Source: Macrostomum lignano
Taxonomy: Eukaryota
DNA: 64,000 nt
NCBI GenBank assembly: GCA_002269645.1
Contig: NIVC01000258.1
Location: 1 to 64,000, forward strand
Direction: 5' to 3'
Part shown: positions 35,101 through 46,200 of the stretch, piece by piece
Layout: every line of letters starts with the position of its first letter
Position numbering within the stretch: position 1 is the first letter of the stretch
The notes under the pieces: model-generated
Database searches by the model: none
Seen by the model: the letters and a program-made list of their open reading frames with translations, nothing else
Told to the model about the DNA's origin: nothing
Made by a program: the position numbers and the translations under genes

Positions 35101-38100
35101 AGCTGTGTCTCCTGTCTCTCCAGCTGTGTTTCATGTCTCTCTCACTGTGTCTCCTGTCTCTTTAGCTGTGTCTTCTGTCTCTCTAGCTGTGTCTCCTGTC
35201 TCTCCAGCTGTGTTTCATGTCTCTCTCACTGTGTCTCCTGTCTCTTTAGCTGTGTCTTCTGTCTCTCTAGCTGTGTCTCCTGTCTCTCCAGCTGTGTCTT
35301 CTGTCTCTCTCACTGTGTCTCCTGTCTCTTAGCTGTGTCTTCTGTCTCTCTAGCTGTGTCTCCTGTCTCTCTCTAGCTGTGTCTTCTGTCTCTCTCACTG
35401 TGTCTCCTGTCTCTTTAGCTGTGTCTTCTGTCTCTCTAGCTGTGTCTCCTGTCTCTCCAGCTGTGTTTCATGTCTCTCTCACTGTGTCTCCTGTCTCTTT
35501 AGCTGTGTCTTCTGTCTCTCTAGCTGTGTCTCCTGTCTCTCCAGCTGTGTTTCATGTCTCTCTCACTGTGTCTCCTGTCTCTTTAGCTGTGTCTTCTGTC
35601 TCTCTAGCTGTGTCTCCTGTCTCTCCAGCTGTGTTTCATGTCTCTCTCACTGTGTCTCCTGTCTCTTTAGCTGTGTCTTCTGTCTCTCTAGCTGTGTCTC
35701 CTGTCTCTCCAGCTGTGTTTCATGTCTCTCTCACTGTGTCTCCTGTCTCTTTAGCTGTGTCTTCTGTCTCTCTAGCTGTGTCTCCTGTCTCTCCAGCTGT
35801 GTTTCATGTCTCTCTCACTGTGTCTCCTGTCTCTTTAGCTGTGTCTTCTGTCTCTCTAGCTGTGTCTCCTGTCTCTCCAGCTGTGTTTCATGTCTCTCTC
35901 ACTGTGTCTCCTGTCTCTTTAGCTGTGTCTTCTGTCTCTCTAGCTGTGTCTCCTGTCTCTCCAGCTGTGTTTCATGTCTCTCTCACTGTGTCTCCTGTCT
36001 CTTTAGCTGTGTCTTCTGTCTCTCTAGCTGTGTCTCCTGTCTCTCCAGCTGTGTTTCATGTCTCTCTCACTGTGTCTCCTGTCTCTTTAGCTGTGTCTTC
36101 TGTCTCTCTAGCTGTGTCTCCTGTCTCTCCAGCTGTGTTTCATGTCTCTCTCACTGTGTCTCCTGTCTCTTTAGCTGTGTCTTCTGTCTCTCTAGCTGTG
36201 TCTCCTGTCTCTCCAGCTGTGTTTCATGTCTCTCTCACTGTGTCTCCTGTCTCTTTAGCTGTGTCTTCTGTCTCTCTAGCTGTGTCTCCTGTCTCTCCAG
36301 CTGTGTTTCATGTCTCTCTCACTGTGTCTCCTGTCTCTTTAGCTGTGTCCTGTCTCTCTAGCTGTGTCCTGTCTCTCTAGCTGTGTCTCCTGTCTCTCCA
36401 GCTGTGTTTCATGTCTCTCTCACTGTGTCTCCTGTCTCTTTAGCTGTGTCTTCTGTCTCTCTAGCTGTGTCTCCTGTCTCTCCAGCTGTGTTTCATGTCT
36501 CTCTCACTGTGTCTCCTGTCTCTTTAGCTGTGTCTTCTGTCTCTCTAGCTGTGTCTCCTGTCTCTCCAGCTGTGTTTCATGTCTCTCTCACTGTGTCTCC
36601 TGTCTCTTTAGCTGTGTCTTCTGTCTCTCTAGCTGTGTCTCCTGTCTCTCCAGCTGTGTTTCATGTCTCTCTCACTGTGTCTCCTGTCTCTTTAGCTGTG
36701 TCTTCTGTCTCTCTAGCTGTGTCTCCTGTCTCTCCAGCTGTGTTTCATGTCTCTCTCACTGTGTCTCCTGTCTCTTTAGCTGTGTCTTCTGTCTCTCTAG
36801 CTGTGTCTCCTGTCTCTCCAGCTGTGTTTCATGTCTCTCTCACTGTGTCTCCTGTCTCTTTAGCTGTGTCTTCTGTCTCTCTAGCTGTGTCTCCTGTCTC
36901 TCCAGCTGTGTTTCATGTCTCTCTCACTGTGTCTCCTGTCTCTTTAGCTGTGTCTTCTGTCTCTCTAGCTGTGTCTCCTGTCTCTCAGCTGTGTTTCATG
37001 TCTCTCTCACTGTGTCTCCTGTCTCTTTAGCTGTGTCTTCTGTCTCTCTAGCTGTGTCTCCTGTCTCTCCAGCTGTGTTTCATGTCTCTCTCACTGTGTC
37101 TCCTGTCTCTTTAGCTGTGTCTTCTGTCTCTCTAGCTGTGTCTCCTGTCTCTCCAGCTGTGTTTCATGTCTCTCTCACTGTGTCTCCTGTCTCTTTAGCT
37201 GTGTCTTCTGTCTCTCTAGCTGTGTTTCATGTCTCTCTCACTGTGTCTCCTGTCTCTTTAGCTGTGTCTTCTGTCTCTCTAGCTGTGTCTCCTGTCTCTC
37301 CAGCTGTGTTTCATGTCTCTCTCACTGTGTCTCCTGTCTCTTTAGCTGTGTCTTCTGTCTCTCTAGCTGTGTCTCCTGTCTCTCCAGCTGTGTTTCATGT
37401 CTCTCTCACTGTGTCTCCTGTCTCTTTAGCTGTGTCTTCTGTCTCTCTAGCTGTGTCTCCTGTCTCTCCAGCTGTGTTTCATGTCTCTCTCACTGTGTCT
37501 CCTGTCTCTTTAGCTGTGTCTTCTGTCTCTCTAGCTGTGTCTCCTGTCTCTCAGCTGTGTTTCATGTCTCTCTCACTGTGTCTCCTGTCTCTTTAGCTGT
37601 GTCTTCTGTCTCTCTAGCTGTGTCTCCTGTCTCTCAGCTGTGTTTCTGTCTCTCTCACTGTGTGTCTCTCTGTGTCTCTGTCTCTTAGCTGTGTCTTCTG
37701 TCTCTCTAGCTGTGTCTCCTGTCTCTCAGCTGTGTTTCATGTCTCTCTCACTGTGTCTCCTGTCTCTTTAGCTGTGTCTTCTGTCTCTCTAGCTGTGTCT
37801 CCTGTCTCTCCAGCTGTGTTTCATGTCTCTCTCACTGTGTCTCCTGTCTCTTTAGCTGTGTCTTCTGTCTCTCTAGCTGTGTCTCCTGTCTCTCCAGCTG
37901 TGTTTCATGTCTCTCTCACTGTGTCTCCTGTCTCTTTAGCTGTGTCTTCTGTCTCTCTAGCTGTGTCTCCTGTCTCTCCAGCTGTGTTTCATGTCTCTCT
38001 CACTGTGTCTCCTGTCTCTTTAGCTGTGTCTTCTGTCTCTCTAGCTGTGTCTCCTGTCTCTCCAGCTGTGTTTCATGTCTCTCTCACTGTGTCTCCTGTC

Positions 38101-40243
38101 TCTTTAGCTGTGTCTTCTGTCTCTCTAGCTGTGTCTCCTGTCTCTCCAGCTGTGTTTCATGTCTCTCTCACTGTGTCTCCTGTCTCTTTAGCTGTGTCTT
38201 CTGTCTCTCTAGCTGTGTCTCCTGTCTCTCCAGCTGTGTTTCATGTCTCTCTCACTGTGTCTCCTGTCTCTTTAGCTGTGTCTTCTGTCTCTCTAGCTGT
38301 GTCTCCTGTCTCTCCAGCTGTGTCTCTCTGTCTCTCTCAGCTGTGTGTCTCTCTAGCTGTGTCTCCTGTCTCTAGCTGTGTCTTCTGTCTCTCTAGCTGT
38401 GTCTCCTGTCTCTCCAGCTGTGTTTCATGTCTCTCTCACTGTGTCTCCTGTCTCTTTAGCTGTGTCTTCTGTCTCTCTAGCTGTGTCTCCTGTCTCTAGC
38501 TGTGTCTTCTGTCTCTCTAGCTGTGTCTCCTGTCTCTAGCTGTGTTTCTGTCTCTCTACTGTGTCTCCTGTCTCTTTAGCTGTGTCTTCTGTCTCTCTAG
38601 CTGTGTCTCCTGTCTCTAGCTGTGTTTCATGTCTCTCTCACTGTGTCTCCTGTCTCTTTAGCTGTGTCTTCTGTCTCTCTAGCTGTGTCTCCTGTCTCTA
38701 GCTGTGTTTCATGTCTCTCTCACTGTGTCTCCTGTCTCTTTAGCTGTGTCTTCTGTCTCTCTAGCTGTGTCTCCTGTCTCTAGCTGTGTTTCATGTCTCT
38801 CTCACTGTGTCTCCTGTCTCTTTAGCTGTGTCTTCTGTCTCTCTAGCTGTGTCTCCTGTCTCTCAGCTGTGTTTCATGTCTCTCTCACTGTGTCTCCTGT
38901 CTCTTTAGCTGTGTTTCTGTCTCTCTCACTGTGTCTCCTGTCTCTCCAGCTGTGTTTCATGTCTCTCTCACTGTGTCTCCTGTCTCTTTAGCTGTGTCTT
39001 CTGTCTCTCTAGCTGTGTCTCCTGTCTCTCCAGCTGTGTTTCATGTCTCTCTCACTGTGTCTCCTGTCTCTTTAGCTGTGTCTTCTGTCTCTCTAGCTGT
39101 GTCTCCTGTCTCTCCAGCTGTGTTTCATGTCTCTCTCACTGTGTCTCCTGTCTCTTTAGCTGTGTCTTCTGTCTCTCTAGCTGTGTCTCCTGTCTCTCCA
39201 GCTGTGTTTCTGTCTCTCTCACTGTGTCTCCTGTCTCTAGCTGTGTCTTCTGTCTCTCTAGCTGTGTCTCCTGTCTCTCCAGCTGTGTTTCTGTCTCTCT
39301 CACTGTGTCTCCTGTCTCTTTAGCTGTGTCTTCTGTCTCTCTAGCTGTGTCTCCTGTCTCTCCAGCTGTGTTTCATGTCTCTCTCACTGTGTCTCCTGTC
39401 TCTTTAGCTGTGTCTTCTGTCTCTCTAGCTGTGTCTCCTGTCTCTCCAGCTGTGTTTCATGTCTCTCTCACTGTGTCTCCTGTCTCTTTAGCTGTGTCTT
39501 CTGTCTCTCTAGCTGTGTCTCCTGTCTCTCCAGCTGTGTTTCATGTCTCTCTCACTGTGTCTCCTGTCTCTTTAGCTGTGTCTTCTGTCTCTCTAGCTGT
39601 GTCTCCTGTCTCTCCAGCTGTGTTTCCTGTCTCTCTCACTGTGTCTCCTGTCTCTCTAGCTGTGTCTTCTGTCTCTCTAGCTGTGTCTCCGGTCTCTCCA
39701 GCTGTGTTTCATGTCTCTCTCACTGTGTCTCCTGTCTCTTTAGCTGTGTCTTCTGTCTCTCTAGCTGTGTCTCCTGTCTCTCAGCTGTGTTTCTGTCTCT
39801 CTCAGCTGTGTCTCCTGTCTCTTTAGCTGTGTCTTCTGTCTCTCTAGCTGTGTCTCCTGTCTCTCCAGCTGTGTTTCATGTCTCTCTCACTGTGTCTCCT
39901 GTCTCTTTAGCTGTGTCTTCTGTCTCTCTAGCTGTGTCTCCTGTCTCTCCAGCTGTGTTTCATGTCTCTCTCACTGTGTCTCCTGTCTCTTTAGCTGTGT
40001 CTTCTGTCTCTCTAGCTGTGTCTCCTGTCTCTCCAGCTGTGTTTCATGTCTCTCTCACTGTGTCTCCTGTCTCTTTAGCTGTGTCTTCTGTCTCTCTAGC
40101 TGTGTCTCCTGTCTCTCCAGCTGTGTTTCATGTCTCTCTCACTGTGTCTCCTGTCTCTTTAGCTGTGTCTTCTGTCTCTCTAGCTGTGTCTCCTGTCTCT
40201 CTAGCTGTGTCTTCTGTCTCTCTAGCTGTGTCTCCTGTCTCTC

Positions 40244-40288
40244 CAGCTAAAGAGACAGGAGACACTGTGTCTCCTGTCTCTTTAGCTG
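40244..40288. repeat. Perfect inverted repeat, 22-bp arms with a 1-nt spacer, inside the satellite
   Basis: cagctaaagagacaggagacac (40244-40265), t (40266), gtgtctcctgtctctttagctg (40267-40288). The arms are exact reverse complements; the ORF track shows it as the one-off peptide AKETGDT. Confidence 0.97.
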
Positions 40289-43200
40289 TGTCTTCTGTCT
40301 CTCTAGCTGTGTCTCCTGTCTCTCCAGCTGTGTTTCATGTCTCTCTCACTGTGTCTCCTGTCTCTTTAGCTGTGTCTTCTGTCTCTCTAGCTGTGTCTCC
40401 TGTCTCTCCAGCTGTGTTTCATGTCTCTCTCACTGTGTCTCCTGTCTCTTTAGCTGTGTCTTCTGTCTCTCTAGCTGTGTCTCCTGTCTCTCCAGCTGTG
40501 TTTCATGTCTCTCTCACTGTGTCTCCTGTCTCTTTAGCTGTGTCTTCTGTCTCTCTAGCTGTGTCTCCTGTCTCTCCAGCTGTGTTTCATGTCTCTCTCA
40601 CTGTGTGTCTCTTAGCTGTCTCTGTCTCTTTAGCTGTGTCTTCTGTCTCTCTAGCTGTGTCTCCTGTCTCTCCAGCTGTGTTTCATGTCTCTCTCACTGT
40701 GTCTCCTGTCTCTTTAGCTGTGTCTTCTGTCTCTCTAGCTGTGTCTCCTGTCTCTCCAGCTGTGTTTCATGTCTCTCTCACTGTGTCTCCTGTCTCTTTA
40801 GCTGTGTCTTCTGTCTCTCTAGCTGTGTCTCCTGTCTCTCCAGCTGTGTTTCATGTCTCTCTCACTGTGTCTCCTGTCTCTTTAGCTGTGTCTTCTGTCT
40901 CTCTAGCTGTGTCTCCTGTCTCTCCAGCTGTGTTTCATGTCTCTCTCACTGTGTCTCCTGTCTCTTTAGCTGTGTCTTCTGTCTCTCTAGCTGTGTCTCC
41001 TGTCTCTCCAGCTGTGTTTCATGTCTCTCTCACTGTGTCTCCTGTCTCTTTAGCTGTGTCTTCTGTCTCTCTAGCTGTGTCTCCTGTCTCTCCAGCTGTG
41101 TTTCATGTCTCTCTCACTGTGTCTCCTGTCTCTTTAGCTGTGTCTTCTGTCTCTCTAGCTGTGTCTCCTGTCTCTCCAGCTGTGTTTCATGTCTCTCTCA
41201 CTGTGTCTCCTGTCTCTTTAGCTGTGTCTTCTGTCTCTCTAGCTGTGTCTCCTGTCTCTCCAGCTGTGTTTCATGTCTCTCTCACTGTGTCTCCTGTCTC
41301 TTTAGCTGTGTCTTCTGTCTCTCTAGCTGTGTCTCCTGTCTCTCCAGCTGTGTTTCATGTCTCTCTCACTGTGTCTCCTGTCTCTTTAGCTGTGTCTTCT
41401 GTCTCTCTAGCTGTGTCTCCTGTCTCTCCAGCTGTGTTTCATGTCTCTCTCACTGTGTCTCCTGTCTCTTTAGCTGTGTCTTCTGTCTCTCTAGCTGTGT
41501 CTCCTGTCTCTCCAGCTGTGTTTCATGTCTCTCTCACTGTGTCTCCTGTCTCTTTAGCTGTGTCTTCTGTCTCTCTAGCTGTGTCTCCTGTCTCTCCAGC
41601 TGTGTTTCATGTCTCTCTCACTGTGTCTCCTGTCTCTTTAGCTGTGTCTTCTGTCTCTCTAGCTGTGTCTCCTGTCTCTCCAGCTGTGTTTCATGTCTCT
41701 CTCACTGTGTCTCCTGTCTCTTTAGCTGTGTCTTCTGTCTCTCTAGCTGTGTCTCCTGTCTCTCAGCTGTGTTTCATGTCTCTCTCACTGTGTCTCTGTC
41801 TCTAGCTGTGTCTCTGTCTCTCTAGCTGTGTCTTCTGTCTCTCTAGCTGTGTCTCCTGTCTCTCCAGCTGTGTTTCATGTCTCTCTCACTGTGTCTCCTG
41901 TCTCTTTAGCTGTGTCTTCTGTCTCTCTAGCTGTGTCTCCTGTCTCTCCAGCTGTGTTTCATGTCTCTCTCACTGTGTCTCCTGTCTCTTTAGCTGTGTC
42001 TTCTGTCTCTCTAGCTGTGTCTCCTGTCTCTCCAGCTGTGTTTCATGTCTCTCTCACTGTGTCTCCTGTCTCTTTAGCTGTGTCTTCTGTCTCTCTAGCT
42101 GTGTCTCCTGTCTCTCCAGCTGTGTTTCATGTCTCTCTCACTGTGTCTCCTGTCTCTTTAGCTGTGTCTTCTGTCTCTCTAGCTGTGTCTCCTGTCTCTC
42201 CAGCTGTGTTTCATGTCTCTCTCACTGTGTCTCCTGTCTCTTTAGCTGTGTCTTCTGTCTCTCTAGCTGTGTCTCCTGTCTCTCCAGCTGTGTTTCATGT
42301 CTCTCTCACTGTGTCTCCTGTCTCTTTAGCTGTGTCTTCTGTCTCTCTAGCTGTGTCTCCTGTCTCTCCAGCTGTGTTTCATGTCTCTCTCACTGTGTCT
42401 CCTGTCTCTTTAGCTGTGTCTTCTGTCTCTCTAGCTGTGTCTCCTGTCTCTCCAGCTGTGTTTCATGTCTCTCTCACTGTGTCTCCTGTCTCTTTAGCTG
42501 TGTCTTCTGTCTCTCTAGCTGTGTCTCCTGTCTCTCTAGCTGTGTCTCCTGTCTCTCCAGCTGTGTTTCTGTCTCTCTAGCTGTGTCTCCTGTCTCTTTA
42601 GCTGTGTCTTCTGTCTCTCTAGCTGTGTCTCCTGTCTCTCCAGCTGTGTTTCATGTCTCTCTCACTGTGTCTCCTGTCTCTTTAGCTGTGTCTTCTGTCT
42701 CTCTAGCTGTGTCTCCTGTCTCTCCAGCTGTGTTTCATGTCTCTCTCACTGTGTCTCCTGTCTCTTTAGCTGTGTCTTCTGTCTCTCTAGCTGTGTCTCC
42801 TGTCTCTCAGCTGTGTTTCATGTCTCTCACTGTGTCTCCTGTCTCTAGCTGTGTCTTCTGTCTCTCTAGCTGTGTCTCCTGTCTCTAGCTGTGTCTTCTG
42901 TCTCTCTAGCTGTGTCTCCTGTCTCTAGCTGTGTTTCTGTCTCTCTCACTGTGTCTCCTGTCTCTTTAGCTGTGTCTTCTGTCTCTCTAGCTGTGTCTCC
43001 TGTCTCTTTAGCTGTGTCTTCTGTCTCTCTAGCTGTGTCTCCTGTCTCTTTAGCTGTGTCTTCTGTCTCTCTAGCTGTGTCTCCTGTCTCTCAGCTGTGT
43101 TTCATGTCTCTCTCACTGTGTCTCCTGTCTCTTTAGCTGTGTCTTCTGTCTCTCTAGCTGTGTCTCCTGTCTCTCCAGCTGTGTTTCATGTCTCTCTCAC

Positions 43201-46200
43201 TGTGTCTCCTGTCTCTTTAGCTGTGTCTTCTGTCTCTCTAGCTGTGTCTCCTGTCTCTCCAGCTGTGTTTCATGTCTCTCTCACTGTGTCTCTGTCTCAC
43301 TGTGTCTCTGTCTCTCTAGCTGTGTCTTCTGTCTCTCTAGCTGTGTCTCCTGTCTCTCAGCTGTGTTTCATGTCTCTCTCACTGTGTCTCCTGTCTCTTT
43401 AGCTGTGTCTTCTGTCTCTCTAGCTGTGTCTCCTGTCTCTCCAGCTGTGTTTCATGTCTCTCTCACTGTGTCTCCTGTCTCTTTAGCTGTGTCTTCTGTC
43501 TCTCTAGCTGTGTCTCCTGTCTCTCCAGCTGTGTTTCATGTCTCTCTCACTGTGTCTCCTGTCTCTTTAGCTGTGTCTTCTGTCTCTCTAGCTGTGTCTC
43601 CTGTCTCTCCAGCTGTGTTTCATGTCTCTCTCACTGTGTCTCCTGTCTCTTTAGCTGTGTCTTCTGTCTCTCTAGCTGTGTCTCCTGTCTCTCCAGCTGT
43701 GTTTCATGTCTCTCTCACTGTGTCTCCTGTCTCTTTAGCTGTGTCTTCTGTCTCTCTAGCTGTGTCTCCTGTCTCTCCAGCTGTGTTTCATGTCTCTCTC
43801 ACTGTGTCTCCTGTCTCTTTAGCTGTGTCTTCTGTCTCTCTAGCTGTGTCTCCTGTCTCTCCAGCTGTGTTTCATGTCTCTCTCACTGTGTCTCCTGTCT
43901 CTTTAGCTGTGTCTTCTGTCTCTCTAGCTGTGTCTCCTGTCTCTCCAGCTGTGTTTCATGTCTCTCTCACTGTGTCTCCTGTCTCTTTAGCTGTGTCTCT
44001 GTCTCTTAGCTGTGTCTTCTGTCTCTCTAGCTGTGTCTCCTGTCTCTCCAGCTGTGTTTCATGTCTCTCTCACTTGTCTCCTGTCTCTTTAGCTGTGTCT
44101 TCTGTCTCTCTAGCTGTGTCTCCTGTCTCTCCAGCTGTGTTTCATGTCTCTCTCACTGTGTCTCCTGTCTCTTTAGCTGTGTCTTCTGTCTCTCTAGCTG
44201 TGTCTCCTGTCTCTCCAGCTGTGTTTCATGTCTCTCTCACTGTGTCTCCTGTCTCTTTAGCTGTGTCTTCTGTCTCTCTAGCTGTGTCTCCTGTCTCTCC
44301 AGCTGTGTCTTCTGTCTCTCTACTGTGTCTCCTGTCTCTTTAGCTGTGTTTCTGTCTCTCTACTGTGTCTCCTGTCTCTTAGCTGTGTCTTCTGTCTCTC
44401 TAGCTGTGTCTCCTGTCTCTCCAGCTGTGTTTCATGTCTCTCTCACTGTGTCTCCTGTCTCTTTAGCTGTGTCTTCTGTCTCTCTAGCTGTGTCTCCTGT
44501 CTCTCAGCTGTGTTTCATGTCTCTCTCACTGTGTCTCCTGTCTCTTTAGCTGTGTCTTCTGTCTCTCTAGCTGTGTCTCCTGTCTCTCCAGCTGTGTCTC
44601 CTGTCTCTCTCACTGTGTCTCCTGTCTCTTTAGCTGTGTGTTTCCTGTCTCTCTAGCTGTGTCTCCTGTCTCTCCAGCTGTGTTTCATGTCTCTCTCACT
44701 GTGTCTCCTGTCTCTTTAGCTGTGTCTTCTGTCTCTCTAGCTGTGTCTCCTGTCTCTCCAGCTGTGTTTCATGTCTCTCTCACTGTGTCTCCTGTCTCTT
44801 TAGCTGTGTCTTCTGTCTCTCTAGCTGTGTCTCCTGTCTCTCCAGCTGTGTTTCATGTCTCTCTCACTGTGTCTCCTGTCTCTTTAGCTGTGTCTTCTGT
44901 CTCTCTAGCTGTGTCTCCTGTCTCTCCAGCTGTGTTTCTGTCTCTCTCAGCTGTGTCTCCTGTCTCTTTAGCTGTGTTTCTGTCTCTCTAGCTGTGTCTC
45001 CTGTCTCCAGCTGTGTTTCATGTCTCTCTCACTGTGTCTCCTGTCTCTAGCTGTGTCTTCTGTCTCTCTAGCTGTGTCTCCTGTCTCTCCAGCTGTGTTT
45101 CATGTCTCTCTCACTGTGTCTCCTGTCTCTTTAGCTGTGTCTCTGTCTTTAGCTGTGTCTTCTGTCTCTCTAGCTGTGTCTCCTGTCTCTCCAGCTGTGT
45201 TTCATGTCTCTCTCACTGTGTCTCCTGTCTCTTTAGCTGTGTCTTCTGTCTCTCTAGCTGTGTCTCCTGTCTCTCCAGCTGTGTTTCATGTCTCTCTCAC
45301 TGTGTCTCCTGTCTCTTTAGCTGTGTCTTCTGTCTCTCTAGCTGTGTTTCATGTCTCTCTCACTGTGTCTCCTGTCTCTTTAGCTGTGTCTTCTGTCTCT
45401 CTAGCTGTGTCTCCTGTCTCTCCAGCTGTGTTTCATGTCTCTCTCACTGTGTCTCCTGTCTCTTTAGCTGTGTCTTCTGTCTCTCTAGCTGTGTCTCCTG
45501 TCTCTCCAGCTGTGTTTCATGTCTCTCTCACTGTGTCTCCTGTCTCTTTAGCTGTGTCTTCTGTCTCTCTAGCTGTGTCTCCTGTCTCTCCAGCTGTGTC
45601 TCCTGTCTCCAGCTGTGTTTCATGTCTCTCTCACTGTGTCTCCTGTCTCTTTAGCTGTGTCTTCTGTCTCTCTAGCTGTGTCTCCTGTCTCTCCAGCTGT
45701 GTTTCATGTCTCTCTCACTGTGTCTCCTGTCTCTTTAGCTGTGTCTTCTGTCTCTCTAGCTGTGTCTCCTGTCTCTCCAGCTGTGTTTCATGTCTCTCTC
45801 ACTGTGTCTCCTGTCTCTTTAGCTGTGTCTTCTGTCTCTCTAGCTGTGTCTCCTGTCTCTCCAGCTGTGTTTCATGTCTCTCTCACTGTGTCTCCTGTCT
45901 CTTTAGCTGTGTCTTCTGTCTCTCTAGCTGTGTCTCCTGTCTCTCCAGCTGTGTTTCATGTCTCTCTCACTGTGTCTCCTGTCTCTTTAGCTGTGTCTTC
46001 TGTCTCTCTAGCTGTGTCTCCTGTCTCTCCAGCTGTGTTTCATGTCTCTCTCACTGTGTCTCCTGTCTCTTTAGCTGTGTCTTCTGTCTCTCTAGCTGTG
46101 TCTCCTGTCTCTCCAGCTGTGTTTCATGTCTCTCTCACTGTGTCTCCTGTCTCTTTAGCTGTGTCTTCTGTCTCTCTAGCTGTGTCTCCTGTCTCTCCAG

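Noticed and set aside
40244-40288. MITE or transposon terminal inverted repeats
   Set aside because: The arms are made entirely of the adjacent satellite monomer, with a 1-nt spacer, no internal sequence and no target-site duplication.
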